A stretch of 64,000 nt of DNA, from IMG/VR virus record IMGVR_UViG_3300009103_000017, positions 1 to 64,000 of that record, one strand, 5' to 3'. Below the pieces are notes generated by a model. That model was not told the DNA's origin and searched no databases. It saw only the letters and a list, made by a program, of their open reading frames with translations. This document shows positions 21,333 to 31,686 of this stretch, piece by piece (the stretch's first letter is position 1; each line of letters starts with the position of its first letter). A program made the position numbers and the translations under genes. This stretch comes from a virus.

Positions 21333-21346
21333 AAGAAGGAGTAGAA

Positions 21347-21799
21347 ATGAGATTGAGAGTTTTTAGAGTCAGAGAAACAGCAAAGCTGCCGAAAAGAGCA
21401 CATACGACCGATGCTGGCATGGATTTGTTTTATTGCCCTTCTGGCGATAAGGGGGATGTTGAATTTTTTCCGGGAGATTCCAATGTTTTGGAGACGGGCT
21501 TAAAGATTGAGGTCCCGACCGGGCACATGCTGCAAATAATGAATAAATCAGGAATAGCGTCAAAAAAGCAGCTTGTTACAGGGGCATGCGTGGTGGACAG
21601 TGGTTATGATGGGGAGGTATATGTGAATTTGCAGAATATCGGCCTCTCTATAGAATATTTAACCCCAGGCCAGAAGATCGCTCAAGCGGTTTTGGTGCCA
21701 ATCATTATCCCGGAAGTTGTTGAGATAAGAGAAGATAACGTATATGGTGGGAGAACCGATCGCGGCGACGGCGGATTTGGCTCTACGGGCGCCTCGTGA
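21347..21799 (+). CDS. dut: dUTPase
   Basis: AGMDL, KSG, VVDSGYDGE, KIAQ, RGDGGFGSTG. Confidence 0.95.
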   Translation: MRLRVFRVRETAKLPKRAHTTDAGMDLFYCPSGDKGDVEFFPGDSNVLETGLKIEVPTGHMLQIMNKSGIASKKQLVTGACVVDSGYDGEVYVNLQNIGLSIEYLTPGQKIAQAVLVPIIIPEVVEIREDNVYGGRTDRGDGGFGSTGAS

Positions 21800-22008
21800 G
21801 TTCGTTTACAAGAAAAATAAAAAGAAAACAAGACTTGCAATTTAGAAAGGAATTCTCTAAATCTATGAAAAAGTTTAAAAAAATGGTTCGGTGTACGAAG
21901 TGCCTGAGAGAACCACGCACGGGGGAGAAGATAGATGAGTGGCATCTGGATAGATACAGTGAAAAAATTGACTTGATATGTGTTGAGTGCCATGAGGAGA
22001 TTTCATGA
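21796..22008 (+). CDS. small zinc-finger-like protein
   Basis: Two CxxC pairs (CTKC, CVEC); overlaps both neighbours. Confidence 0.55.
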   Translation: MSSFTRKIKRKQDLQFRKEFSKSMKKFKKMVRCTKCLREPRTGEKIDEWHLDRYSEKIDLICVECHEEIS

Positions 22009-23003
22009 GAAAAACATACGCTTTTGATGATGTTCTGTTAGTACCACAGAAAAGCGATATAGAAAGCAGAAAGGAAGTTGATTTATCTACATCTATTGGG
22101 CATATCAAGTTATCTATACCGATATTATCAAGTCCAATGGACACTGTGAGCGAGAGAGGCATGCTTAACTCTATAGCCCAGCTGGGTGGTATGGGTATAG
22201 CTCATCGCTATAACGAAATATGCAAACAAATACAAATGACTGAAGGAATTCAGCCAGCGGCCGCAGCCGTGGGTATATCCGGTGATTATCAAGAAAGAGT
22301 ATCGGCTTTATATGCGTCGGGAATTCACACTATCTGCCTAGACGTTGCACATGGTCACCATGTTTTAATGGAGCGTGCCCTTAAAACTCTTAGGGACAAA
22401 TATTGCGATGAATTAACAATAATCGCGGGCAACGTCGCAACCCCAGAAGGTTTTTCTGATTTGGCGTATTGGGGAGCAGACGCTATTCGAGTTGGTATCG
22501 GCGGCGGCTCAATTTGTAGTACTAGAATACAGACTGGTCATGGTGTTCCAACTCTTCAGTCGGTGGTTGACTGTAGACCTGCATCTGATGCTGTTTTAAT
22601 AGCGGATGGAGGCATCAAGTCCGCTGGTGATATAGTTAAATGTTTGGCCCTCGGAGCTGATGCAGTTATGTTGGGGTCTTTGTTGGCAGGCACCAAGGAA
22701 TCTCCCGGTCTAGTCCACGTCTCACAAGAGGGGTCAAAATATAAGGTTTATAGAGGTATGGCCTCACGCGAGGCCCAAAAGGATTGGAGAGGGCAGGCTT
22801 CCTCACTGGAAGGGGTGTCGACTACGATACCCTACAAGGGCTCAGTGACGCATATTGTACAAGATCTGATTCAAAACGTCCGATCTGGCTTTTCATATTC
22901 TGGCGCTCGAAATCTGAGAGAATTGCAGTTAAAAGTTAAATTTATTACGCAGAGTGCTGCTTCGCAGGTAGAGAGTAACACTCATATAATGGCGCTAAGG
23001 TAA
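22005..23003 (+). CDS. guaB: IMP dehydrogenase / GMP reductase family, lacking the CBS domain
   Basis: [46 protein letters not shown]. Confidence 0.88.
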   Translation: MRKTYAFDDVLLVPQKSDIESRKEVDLSTSIGHIKLSIPILSSPMDTVSERGMLNSIAQLGGMGIAHRYNEICKQIQMTEGIQPAAAAVGISGDYQERVSALYASGIHTICLDVAHGHHVLMERALKTLRDKYCDELTIIAGNVATPEGFSDLAYWGADAIRVGIGGGSICSTRIQTGHGVPTLQSVVDCRPASDAVLIADGGIKSAGDIVKCLALGADAVMLGSLLAGTKESPGLVHVSQEGSKYKVYRGMASREAQKDWRGQASSLEGVSTTIPYKGSVTHIVQDLIQNVRSGFSYSGARNLRELQLKVKFITQSAASQVESNTHIMALR

Positions 23004-23317
23004 TGAAAAAAAAGAAGGTTGTTTTTTACGAGGATGAAAACAAGTTTGCAAATTTTAAAATACGCCTATCGTATGACAAAATTAAGCAGGGTGAGTTTTT
23101 CTGTTTCTTGTTGGATTGCTATATAAATAACGAGGCACCCATGTTGAAAATGATAGAGGAATATAAAATTAAAAATCACCGCATGGGCAAGACAAAAATT
23201 GCTAGCGCCGCCAAGGATTTCCTTGCATCTGAGGAACTTTTGAGAAAAATAGGTGTCACGAAATCAGATAAGGATAAAATTTTCGACATGATAGAAGAAG
23301 AAATAGGGGAGCTATGA
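23003..23317 (+). CDS. hypothetical protein
   Basis: 104-aa ORF coupled to its neighbours. Confidence 0.6.
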   Translation: MKKKKVVFYEDENKFANFKIRLSYDKIKQGEFFCFLLDCYINNEAPMLKMIEEYKIKNHRMGKTKIASAAKDFLASEELLRKIGVTKSDKDKIFDMIEEEIGEL

Positions 23318-23559
23318 GTTTAGAGAAATTGCCAAACTGCTCACGAGAATGCTTTAGTAGCGAGAAAGAGTGTGACTCCAAAGAGTGTAGATACTGGATA
23401 GATTTTAGCCCAGAGCAGAATTGCTCTTTGATAAGTGTTTATATTAATGGTTCGATGACCCTTAAACAAGTAGCTGAACGAATTGGCCTTAGTCTGGTTC
23501 GAATATCACAGATAGAAAAGAAAGCTATTCAAAAGCTTACTAAAAAGATAAAAATCTAG
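23314..23559 (+). CDS. stand-alone sigma70 region-4 HTH protein with a Cys-rich N-terminus
   Basis: MTLKQVAERIGLSLVRISQIEKKAIQKL matches sigma region 4.2. Confidence 0.75.
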   Translation: MSLEKLPNCSRECFSSEKECDSKECRYWIDFSPEQNCSLISVYINGSMTLKQVAERIGLSLVRISQIEKKAIQKLTKKIKI

Positions 23560-23626
23560 TGTTTTTGATAATATAAATACTATTTATAAATGTACTGCAA
23601 CAAATTCGTTTTTAAGGAGAAAACTA

Positions 23627-24238
23627 ATGAGTAAAAAACAGCTACTTTCTGAGAATACAGTGAGGCGCTTCATGAAGTTGGCCTCCATCGGCACTTTAAC
23701 TGATCAGTTTATTACTGAAAGCGATGATATCGTGGATACGGATACGGATGATGAAGCCGCGACAGGTCCAAATTTCACTTCAGACGCCGACACCGCTGAC
23801 GGCAGCTTGGAAGAGGTAGAGATTGATCAGGATTTAGAAGATCTTTTTGAAGCTTTAGAGGAAGAATTACCCGACGAAGAGCCTGCTGGAGCCCCCGATT
23901 TGGGAGCAGTGGACGCAGAAGCAGAAATTGGTGCAGACGCTGACATGGATGCTACCGCCGAGCCCGCAATGGAGGAGGCCGACATGTCCCTGTCGCAGGA
24001 GGAAGCCGAGGTTCTCATAGAGCTTGGTCGCCGCCTAGAAGCCGCTATGGGAGAAGGTGACCCCGAAGCAGAAGAGCCAGTAGAAGAGCCAGTAGAAGAG
24101 CCAGCAGAGGCTCCCATTGGCGACGAGGCAGCACCCGAAGGTCCTGAAGAGGATGAAGCCCCCTTGCAAGAGAAGCTGGTAAACGAAGTGCTCCGTCGCG
24201 TCACCAAAAGAATCATAAGAGAAAAACTAAATAAATAA
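23627..24238 (+). CDS. highly acidic protein (possible head scaffold/internal protein)
   Basis: D/E-rich, EEP repeats, AAGGAG RBS, preceded by the CTATTTA motif. Confidence 0.6.
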   Translation: MSKKQLLSENTVRRFMKLASIGTLTDQFITESDDIVDTDTDDEAATGPNFTSDADTADGSLEEVEIDQDLEDLFEALEEELPDEEPAGAPDLGAVDAEAEIGADADMDATAEPAMEEADMSLSQEEAEVLIELGRRLEAAMGEGDPEAEEPVEEPVEEPAEAPIGDEAAPEGPEEDEAPLQEKLVNEVLRRVTKRIIREKLNK

Positions 24239-24255
24239 AAAAGAAATAGGATTCT

Positions 24256-24284
24256 AAAAAACCCCTCGATCGAGGGGTTTTTTT
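24256..24284 (+). terminator. intrinsic terminator (probably bidirectional)
   Basis: AAAAAACCCCTCGATCGAGGGGTTTTTTT, a perfect inverted repeat with a U-tract. Confidence 0.85.
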
Positions 24285-24285
24285 A

Positions 24286-24314
24286 TTGACGCAGGCTTTC
24301 TAATATAGTATTAT
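24286..24314 (+). promoter_or_regulatory. sigma70-like promoter
   Basis: TTGACG-17-TATTAT immediately after the terminator. Confidence 0.6.
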
Positions 24315-24320
24315 AATAAC

Positions 24321-24710
24321 ATGGAAAACGCAATGTTGGTATGTCTTTTCTGGACGATTATTGGTGCTTTACTGCACAAGCTATTAAATCATTTTTTGAT
24401 GAAAAGGGAGTCGCGACACGTCTATGATCGTATCTCATTATATAGCTTGAATATTCTATATAGGATCAAGAAGAGTCTGGATATTTTTGCTCAAATAAGA
24501 ACAAAACACCTTGCCGACACGCCCCTAACAGAAGCAGAAAAAGAAGCAAGCATTAAATACTATCAAGTTGTATCGACCATGGAGATGGAAATGATGTCTT
24601 CAGTAATATATAATTCTTTTCCCGAAAGTTATAAAAAATTTTCCTTGTACACTAATTGGAGTGAGGCAAAGGAGATTATTAACAAGATGGAAAAGAATAA
24701 AATATTATGA
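24321..24710 (+). CDS. hypothetical protein with an N-terminal TM helix
   Basis: Hydrophobic N-terminus; 129 aa. Confidence 0.55.
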   Translation: MENAMLVCLFWTIIGALLHKLLNHFLMKRESRHVYDRISLYSLNILYRIKKSLDIFAQIRTKHLADTPLTEAEKEASIKYYQVVSTMEMEMMSSVIYNSFPESYKKFSLYTNWSEAKEIINKMEKNKIL

Positions 24711-24973
24711 CCATTGAAGCATCTTATTGGAAACAAAATTTTGAAGACAACTTTAGATATACAGTGCAGATCGAAGTACCCGCGACATTCATCAACATCG
24801 ACGAATTACATGAAATGTTTTGTTCGTGGAGTCAAAGTGGCACGGGCTTCAACCCCCACGTAGGATCAAAGATATATATTTTTTTTAAAGAGTACGATTC
24901 AGAAGAAACGTGGGCGACGTTCCGAAAAGATAAAAAGCTGGATGAACTATTGCAATTAAAAGAGGTCGAATGA
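24707..24973 (+). CDS. hypothetical protein
   Basis: ATGA overlaps at both ends. Confidence 0.55.
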   Translation: MTIEASYWKQNFEDNFRYTVQIEVPATFINIDELHEMFCSWSQSGTGFNPHVGSKIYIFFKEYDSEETWATFRKDKKLDELLQLKEVE

Positions 24974-25602
24974 CGGAAAAGATAGATGAAAAGCAAGTTG
25001 TTATTATTAACAATATTCCCAACCGTGACGAACAGAGCGACTTTAGGTCAATTAGTCTATATGGGGACATAACGGAAGAGAAGTCAGCAGACATAGTGAC
25101 AGGTTTGCTGTACTTGGAAAACACTTCTCAAATTATGATACCAGAAGATACTGGCGATCCTGAATCTGATATTGTGGCTGTCAACAGAGATATCAAATTT
25201 ATTATTTCAACGCATGGGGGCGCCGCGACTGACATGTTTGCAATAGTGGATATTATGAGGATGATACAGAAGAACACTTGCGATATTGAGACCGTTGCGG
25301 TGGGCAAGGTGATGTCAGCGGGCGTGCCGATTCTTGCCGCGGGAACTCCAGGCAAAAGAAAGATTGGTCGCTCCTGCCGTGTTATGCTCCATAATGTAAA
25401 AGCCGGCTATTCTGGCACAATACTAAACATGGAAAACGAATTGGAAGAAATTCGCTGGATTGAGGAAAGATATATAGAGTGTTTGTCTAAAAGTACGAAA
25501 TTAACAAAGGCAAAAATTCGAAAAATGTTAAAGACACAGAACGACGTTTACCTCTCGGCCGAGGATGCAATTAAATATGGTATTGCTGATATTATAATCT
25601 AA
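24970..25602 (+). CDS. clpP: ClpP-like protease
   Basis: ISTHGG, VGKVMSAG (catalytic Ser), GKR, VMLH, YLSAEDAIKYGIAD. Confidence 0.88.
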   Translation: MTEKIDEKQVVIINNIPNRDEQSDFRSISLYGDITEEKSADIVTGLLYLENTSQIMIPEDTGDPESDIVAVNRDIKFIISTHGGAATDMFAIVDIMRMIQKNTCDIETVAVGKVMSAGVPILAAGTPGKRKIGRSCRVMLHNVKAGYSGTILNMENELEEIRWIEERYIECLSKSTKLTKAKIRKMLKTQNDVYLSAEDAIKYGIADIII

Positions 25603-25617
25603 TTATACTAAGGAGTT

Positions 25618-27456
25618 ATGTTCATGGATTGGTTAAAATATTATACAAGAAATAATATAGAGAGCATAGAATCGATCGATTCTCTTTATAAGATTATCGA
25701 GGAGGTACTTGAACTGGACCGCCCCCTCCTCAACTCACCACACCAAAGAGAGCCTTCACTAAAAGAAGAGTTTATGAAGGGTGAGAGAAAACTTGTTTTG
25801 ACGCTGGAAGCAATTCCGGAGATTGCAGTTTCAGAACTTGGCTGGACCGATGTGTCTGGCAAAGGTGAGGCAGAGATTCAGGGACCTGAGAGAAAAAGGT
25901 TGAGTCAGTTTTTAGAAAATATCGAAGGTAATGATTTTGTGGCAAAGGTCAATTCATTGGGAAAATTTTATGAGGATCCTGACACTGCCATGGCTTCTAT
26001 GTTTCCCGCCGGCGAAGCTCAAAATACTGCGGAACAGATAAGGGTTGCGCTGTCTTACATGGTCTTCTTCAAAACTTTAACAAAGGTTATATCAAATTTT
26101 AATGCCGCTTCAGCCGGCTTTAACTTTGAAGCTTTTCTGGCCGTTTTAGCAGGCGGCTTTCAGGTCCCTGCGAATAAAGGTACCATTGCTGATTTTGTAA
26201 GTAGATCAGAAGGTCACGATATGCCAATTAGCCTCAAATTGTATGGCGAGGGGCACCTGCATGTCGGTGGCAGCTTTACGGACCTTGTAAATGATTTGGT
26301 ATCTCCTCAATATGATGTCCCCATCATGCGTTATCTTGCGTGTACGAAAAAATTCGAAGATGATAAAAAAGCGGGCTTAGATATTAATGGCACAATCAAA
26401 TTTATGAGATTTGATTTTACATTAGCGAATGTAATGAATATCTTATCGATCTCCTCAAAGAGATCGAGAGATAATATTTTGCTCGCTAAACCCTTCATTG
26501 AGCGTTATGAGGCAGGGGAACAAGATTTAGACTACAGGGCAAGTTTACCGGGCATAAACCTCCCTTCGGTTGAAGAGCTAGAGTCTGAGTATATAGAGTT
26601 TTTAAAGGCGCGCCTTTCTAATTACCGGTACCTAGAAGAAGAAGAAATAGAGAATCTCATAAACCTTGTCCAGTGGGGCCACAATGACAGTCTTTTCTTA
26701 CCTGTTCAGGTTGTGGAATATGACGAACAGGGAGAAAAATTAGTTTTCTCACAGGTTTCCAGAGGGGTTTCGCCGATACCCTCCTCTGCTTCATCAAAGG
26801 GGGACTCTAAAAAAATATTCCAAGGAATTTTAGCTATGGTGGCCAACAGCATGCCAGAAAAACTTACGCCAGATGCAGCTGCTTCGCAATCGACTGTTAG
26901 CGCTTTCAGTAAAGACGTAAAAAAGATAGCAAACGAGATAGCAAAAGCAAACAGTGATATTTTGAGTAAATATAATGTCTCAGAATTAAACAAACAGCGC
27001 GCTTCGATGCTTGAAGGCGCCTTCGATGGAGTTACTCATGAGCGCTCACTGGAGATATACAACGAACTGGTCAATGACCCCGAGAAACAAAAAATAGCCT
27101 TGCAAAATTCTTTTGGATATCTGAATAGGAAGCAATTTAATCTAGTTCAGACTGCAGTCGAGGGCCTCAGGGGGCTGGTGGATCCCAAGACTCCAGTCGT
27201 TCCAGAGGGGCAAGAGGAGGTGGTCTTCGGCCGCATAGAGGTCGGTGCACGCAATACACAAAATATGCTAAACAGGATGACGTCTGTATTAAATGAAGCT
27301 ATTTTTGATATCTTCTTGAGTGTCAAGGCGATACAGGACAACACATATGCCTATGTCGCCGGCGGCATGAGGGAGGACGATAAAGCCGAAAATGCAATTA
27401 ATGCGTCCACAGAAGTGATTTCCAAGACAACAGAACTTAGAACAACAAATAAATAA
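25618..27456 (+). CDS. hypothetical phage protein
   Basis: 612-aa ORF with an AAGGAG RBS. Confidence 0.65.
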   Translation: MFMDWLKYYTRNNIESIESIDSLYKIIEEVLELDRPLLNSPHQREPSLKEEFMKGERKLVLTLEAIPEIAVSELGWTDVSGKGEAEIQGPERKRLSQFLENIEGNDFVAKVNSLGKFYEDPDTAMASMFPAGEAQNTAEQIRVALSYMVFFKTLTKVISNFNAASAGFNFEAFLAVLAGGFQVPANKGTIADFVSRSEGHDMPISLKLYGEGHLHVGGSFTDLVNDLVSPQYDVPIMRYLACTKKFEDDKKAGLDINGTIKFMRFDFTLANVMNILSISSKRSRDNILLAKPFIERYEAGEQDLDYRASLPGINLPSVEELESEYIEFLKARLSNYRYLEEEEIENLINLVQWGHNDSLFLPVQVVEYDEQGEKLVFSQVSRGVSPIPSSASSKGDSKKIFQGILAMVANSMPEKLTPDAAASQSTVSAFSKDVKKIANEIAKANSDILSKYNVSELNKQRASMLEGAFDGVTHERSLEIYNELVNDPEKQKIALQNSFGYLNRKQFNLVQTAVEGLRGLVDPKTPVVPEGQEEVVFGRIEVGARNTQNMLNRMTSVLNEAIFDIFLSVKAIQDNTYAYVAGGMREDDKAENAINASTEVISKTTELRTTNK

Positions 27457-27466
27457 AAAAAACTAT

Positions 27467-27494
27467 TTGACATATCTCAAAAATACGTTATAAT
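27467..27494 (+). promoter_or_regulatory. sigma70-like promoter
   Basis: TTGACA-16-TATAAT upstream of groEL. Confidence 0.6.
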
Positions 27495-27527
27495 AATATC
27501 ATATCATTTTAAAAGGAGTTAGTTGAA

Positions 27528-29099
27528 ATGACGAAAGTTGTTTTAGATAGTGGTTACCACCTTCGAGATAAGATTCTTGAGGGGGTTAATACTTTAGCAG
27601 ATTGTGTGGGATCAACTCTTGGCCCTAAGGGTCAAAATGTTCTTGTACACAAAAAGGGCCAAAGACCCTTCATCACAAAGGACGGAGTAACCGTCGCAAA
27701 GAGTGTCCAGTTTGAAGATCCTTTCGTCAATGCCGGCGCCGAAGTAGTAAAGCAGGTATCGGCAAAAACGAATCTAGAAGCTGGCGACGGCACAACTACT
27801 TCAACTGTGTTAGCGAGAGAAATAATGAATCAGGCACACAAATTTATTGGCTCCGGAGCCTCACCAATTGAGCTTAAGAGGGGCCTAGATCAGTGTCTGG
27901 AGGCCGCAACAACAGTCATCCAAGCCTTGGCAAAGCCCATCTCTTCTGCGTCCGATATAGAGCACATAGCGTCAATTTCTGCTAACAATGATGCTGATAT
28001 AGGAAAGCTGGTAGCCACAGCCGTGGACAAGGTTGGCAAAAATGGGTCAATTACGGTAGAAGAAGCCAGATCTCTGGAGACTAGCCTCAATCTTGTGGAA
28101 GGGTTCCGCTTTGATTCTGGCTATTGTGCCACCGCATTTGTTACCGATGAAAGGAAGGGGTCAGTCAGATATGATAACCCTCTATTTTTTATAACGGATT
28201 CGAAAATCGAGTTAGTCCAAGATATTTTGCCTGCATTAGAGATCGCGGCCCGAGAGAATAGACCTTTTGTAATTGTGGCGGATGACATCGAAGGCCAAGC
28301 TCTCGCCGCTCTGATAATGAATACAATTCGGGGCTCGATGAAAGTTGCAGCAATTAAGGCACCTCGCTATGGCGAGGAACGCAGAAATATTATGTCCGAC
28401 TTGTCTTTGGTCACTGGTGCAAAGTACTTCAAGCGGGAGTCTGGAGATAAAATCACGGAAGCATCTTTAAAGGATTTCGGTACCGCGAAGACCGTTGAGA
28501 TCAACAAAGGGAACACTGTCGTGGTTGATGGCGGCGGCACCGCATCTCTTATATCTGAAAGAATAGACACTCTAGTAGAAGAGATTCGCGAAACCGAAAA
28601 CACAAATCAAGCTCGACGTTTACAGGAAAGGGTAACAAGGCTTTCTAGCGGTATCGCGATTATTAGAGTTGGTGCCTCCACTGAGATTGAGATGATCGAA
28701 AAAAAACACAGAATTGAAGATGCTTTAGAAGCTGTGCGCTCTGCTCAACAAGAAGGGGTGGTTCCTGGCGGTGGCCTCGCTCTCTTTCAAGCTTCACAGG
28801 AGCTGTCAGTGGACTTTGAAAACGACGAGCGCGCTCCTGCGCTTAAGATTTTCAAGAGCGCGCTTGAAGCACCCCTCAGGACCATGGCTACCAACGCTGG
28901 CTTATCTGCGGATGTTGTTGTGGAAAAGCTCAAAACTCAAAAATCCTTTCATGGCATTGACTTTACTACGGGCAAATCGGTAAACATGGTGGAGAAAGGA
29001 ATTATTGATCCTGTTAAAGTTACCCGATGCGCACTAAAGAATGCAGTTTCGGTTGCTGGTACTCTTTTACTGACAAAGCACAGTATTATAGAAGTTTGA
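27528..29099 (+). CDS. groEL: chaperonin GroEL
   Basis: TLGPKG, TKDGVTVA, AGDGTTT, GGG, GIIDPVKV. Confidence 0.96.
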   Translation: MTKVVLDSGYHLRDKILEGVNTLADCVGSTLGPKGQNVLVHKKGQRPFITKDGVTVAKSVQFEDPFVNAGAEVVKQVSAKTNLEAGDGTTTSTVLAREIMNQAHKFIGSGASPIELKRGLDQCLEAATTVIQALAKPISSASDIEHIASISANNDADIGKLVATAVDKVGKNGSITVEEARSLETSLNLVEGFRFDSGYCATAFVTDERKGSVRYDNPLFFITDSKIELVQDILPALEIAARENRPFVIVADDIEGQALAALIMNTIRGSMKVAAIKAPRYGEERRNIMSDLSLVTGAKYFKRESGDKITEASLKDFGTAKTVEINKGNTVVVDGGGTASLISERIDTLVEEIRETENTNQARRLQERVTRLSSGIAIIRVGASTEIEMIEKKHRIEDALEAVRSAQQEGVVPGGGLALFQASQELSVDFENDERAPALKIFKSALEAPLRTMATNAGLSADVVVEKLKTQKSFHGIDFTTGKSVNMVEKGIIDPVKVTRCALKNAVSVAGTLLLTKHSIIEV

Positions 29100-29133
29100 G
29101 CATAGATAGCCTACTTAAAATAGGAGGTGACAT

Positions 29134-29400
29134 ATGTCCAACAACAATCAGCAGATAATGATAGAAATTCAAAAGAGTTTAGATAAATTATGCAATAGTA
29201 TAGACACACTGAAGGACAAGCAGGAAGAGGCCAATTCAGCGATTGTTAAGATTAAAGAAGCAATTTTCAATCCAGATCAGGGTCTTTATGCACGCCTTCG
29301 AGAATTAGAAAGCTGGAAATCAACAAGTTCCAAAATGATTTGGACGTTGTTCACAACCATGATAGGTCTCATTTCAGCTTTTGTACTTAAGAGTTTTTAA
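29134..29400 (+). CDS. coiled-coil protein with a C-terminal TM helix (holin/XhlA-like)
   Basis: Heptad region, RLRELE, hydrophobic C-terminus; GGAGGT RBS. Confidence 0.5.
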   Translation: MSNNNQQIMIEIQKSLDKLCNSIDTLKDKQEEANSAIVKIKEAIFNPDQGLYARLRELESWKSTSSKMIWTLFTTMIGLISAFVLKSF

Positions 29401-29408
29401 GGAAAAGA

Positions 29409-29696
29409 ATGTTAGTTAAATTTAAACAGTTGGTGATAGATAATCAAGGATACCAAAGGAAGATATTTTTTGAAGATATTTTTTTAAATCCAAATTCTAT
29501 TGTCTCCATAATGAATTATGATGGGGCAACAGAGTTTTTGATTTCAGAATCCTCTGAATATGCGAAAGAAGAGTTTTCTCTAATAAGGGTTTCTTATGGA
29601 CCCAAGGTGGAAGAAGTTATAGTTTCCGGCACCGCGACATCACTATCAGAAAAAATACAATCTAGCCAAAGAGCACGTCGAGTGCTACATGGGTAG
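29409..29696 (+). CDS. hypothetical protein
   Basis: 95-aa ORF; IFLNPNSIVSI is weakly FlbD-like. Confidence 0.55.
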   Translation: MLVKFKQLVIDNQGYQRKIFFEDIFLNPNSIVSIMNYDGATEFLISESSEYAKEEFSLIRVSYGPKVEEVIVSGTATSLSEKIQSSQRARRVLHG

Positions 29697-29934
29697 AAGG
29701 TATATTATTTATGGTCGTAGCAGTTGTGATTTTTGCCATATGGCGTGTGATTTTTTGAGTGCTTCTTCAGAAGAGTTTATTTTTTTAGATTTTGAAGAAG
29801 ACCAAGAATTTATAGAAGAAATAAAAGAATTTTATTCTTTTAAAACAGTGCCGGTCATTCTGGAGAATAGCCTTTCTTCCGGATCCGTTCAATTAATTGG
29901 CGGGTACACTGATTTATTAGATTTCTTAAAATAG
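29689..29934 (+). CDS. glutaredoxin
   Basis: CDFC, TVP, IGGYTDL. Confidence 0.85.
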   Translation: MGRRYIIYGRSSCDFCHMACDFLSASSEEFIFLDFEEDQEFIEEIKEFYSFKTVPVILENSLSSGSVQLIGGYTDLLDFLK

Positions 29935-29947
29935 GGATCCCGATGCC

Positions 29948-30295
29948 ATGACTGAAGAATCCAATGATCACATGGAGGTTGATGTGTCAGTCCTCCGAGC
30001 TTTATCCCGTAGTGTGGCGCCGATACAACACAAGATAGCTTCAGTCATAGCTGATCATTATTCGTCCACCTACAGCTTGTCCGAGTCCCAGCTTATAACT
30101 TTTTTGGAAACACATCTATCTTGTTTGGTTCTTGTTCGCTCTGTGGAAGAACTGTCTCAACAGGCTAAGGATGCAAAAGTAAAAATAGTATTAATGAAAC
30201 CAGAGGAGATTGTGCTCATGAGCACGATGGTTACAAGCATTGATAATGTGAAAAATTATGCTTACGAGAGTGGTATAAGCCTATTGGAGCACTGA
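29948..30295 (+). CDS. hypothetical protein
   Basis: 115-aa ORF in an operon-like run. Confidence 0.55.
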   Translation: MTEESNDHMEVDVSVLRALSRSVAPIQHKIASVIADHYSSTYSLSESQLITFLETHLSCLVLVRSVEELSQQAKDAKVKIVLMKPEEIVLMSTMVTSIDNVKNYAYESGISLLEH

Positions 30296-30296
30296 T

Positions 30297-30629
30297 ATGT
30301 ATAGGGGCATTGCGCTCTTCTTGCTGGGTCAAATACTGGGGTGGTTTCAATTAAATTTACAATATATAAGTAAGTGGTGGAGCGACAAGCCTCTTCTTTC
30401 TGCAATTTTAATGGGGATCCCCACTAGTATTGCTTTTTGGTATGCTTGGAAATATACCTCTGATGCCACCGGATCTGTTTGGTCGTCTAGATTTATAGGA
30501 TCCAGTACTGGTATGCTTGTTTTTCCTATTTTAACTTGGTATTTATTAGGGGAAAGCATGTTTACCGTCAAGACTCTAGTGTGTTTAACATTGGCCGTCG
30601 TTATAATTTTAATACAACTCTATTGCTGA
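30297..30629 (+). CDS. small multi-TM membrane protein (DMT/SMR-like)
   Basis: Four hydrophobic segments; YLLGE...K motif. Confidence 0.55.
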   Translation: MYRGIALFLLGQILGWFQLNLQYISKWWSDKPLLSAILMGIPTSIAFWYAWKYTSDATGSVWSSRFIGSSTGMLVFPILTWYLLGESMFTVKTLVCLTLAVVIILIQLYC

Positions 30630-30686
30630 TATTAGATCTTTCTGGCGTGGTATACTAATTATAATATAACCAATTGGAGCTTAATA

Positions 30687-31091
30687 ATGTCATTACGTGC
30701 CCACAAAAAGTGGCGGAAATTTTTAGGTGACTCTAAAACGGAGTTGATAAACGAGGAGATTGGACGCTCCCGTCAAAGGGGAATATATAAATTTTACTGC
30801 ATGCTATCATACGGCATCACAAGTGACGAAAACCATGCCCGCGGCCTCGACGATATTTTGGCAGACCTTCGAGCACTTCCGAATGTTACAATCGTAACAG
30901 TGGTAATATCCAATCAGAAGATAGGAGAGGGGAGGTACATTGCGGGCCTAAGTATCAAATTTATACCCAGCGTCCCGGGTCAGTTTAATTCACCAGAAGA
31001 TGTTAAAGTTAGAATTCTTAGAGATGTGAAGAGGCTGGGAAATGTAAAAAATCTTTTCAAAGTTTCCTCCGGCGTTGAAAGGATAGAATGA
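30687..31091 (+). CDS. hypothetical protein
   Basis: GGAG RBS; preceded by the CTAATTA motif. Confidence 0.6.
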   Translation: MSLRAHKKWRKFLGDSKTELINEEIGRSRQRGIYKFYCMLSYGITSDENHARGLDDILADLRALPNVTIVTVVISNQKIGEGRYIAGLSIKFIPSVPGQFNSPEDVKVRILRDVKRLGNVKNLFKVSSGVERIE

Positions 31092-31092
31092 A

Positions 31093-31686
31093 TTGTCCGC
31101 AACACCTGAAGAAATAAAAAGAAGACATCTTCAGGAGCTGTTTGATGAAGTTCTGAAGGAAAAAAAGATTTTTCTAATTCCAAAGTTTGTACGCTGCTTT
31201 GAGAGTACAGACCCTCCCAAGACTATAACTTCGTTTGGGTTTGAAGAGCGTTGCGGGTCGATAACAAAATCCTGTGAATTTGAAGAAGTTTCAGGAAAGG
31301 GGTTTGTAGATTGTATTTTTCGTACGTGTGTGAATTTCTATTCGGAAGAATACGAGAGCTTGAAAAATATTGAACTTGTTGATCTATTGATAACTCCTGT
31401 TTTTAGTTTTCGAGTTGCAACTCATGCATCCAAAGCAAATGTCTTACTTAAGATAAAGGTCGATTCGCGAGGTGAGTTTGAATTTAAAAATAAGTCAAAC
31501 TTTATAATATCTTCGAGTTATGCGAATATTCTTGCATCATTAGAATTTTTCATAAATTGTGAAAAAGCTTTTAGATTACTTAGGGACTTGACTTTAGATG
31601 CCAAAGAGAGAAACCGAGGAGATTTAGTTAGTGCATATTCATATAAATTATCAAGCTTAACAGAGATGAATACTTATGAAAAATAG
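31093..31686 (+). CDS. protein resembling the LeuA allosteric (dimerisation) domain
   Basis: GKGFVDCIF...LVDL...SNFIISSS pattern resembles GNGPVDA...LxDY...STDIIxAS. Confidence 0.4.
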   Translation: MSATPEEIKRRHLQELFDEVLKEKKIFLIPKFVRCFESTDPPKTITSFGFEERCGSITKSCEFEEVSGKGFVDCIFRTCVNFYSEEYESLKNIELVDLLITPVFSFRVATHASKANVLLKIKVDSRGEFEFKNKSNFIISSSYANILASLEFFINCEKAFRLLRDLTLDAKERNRGDLVSAYSYKLSSLTEMNTYEK

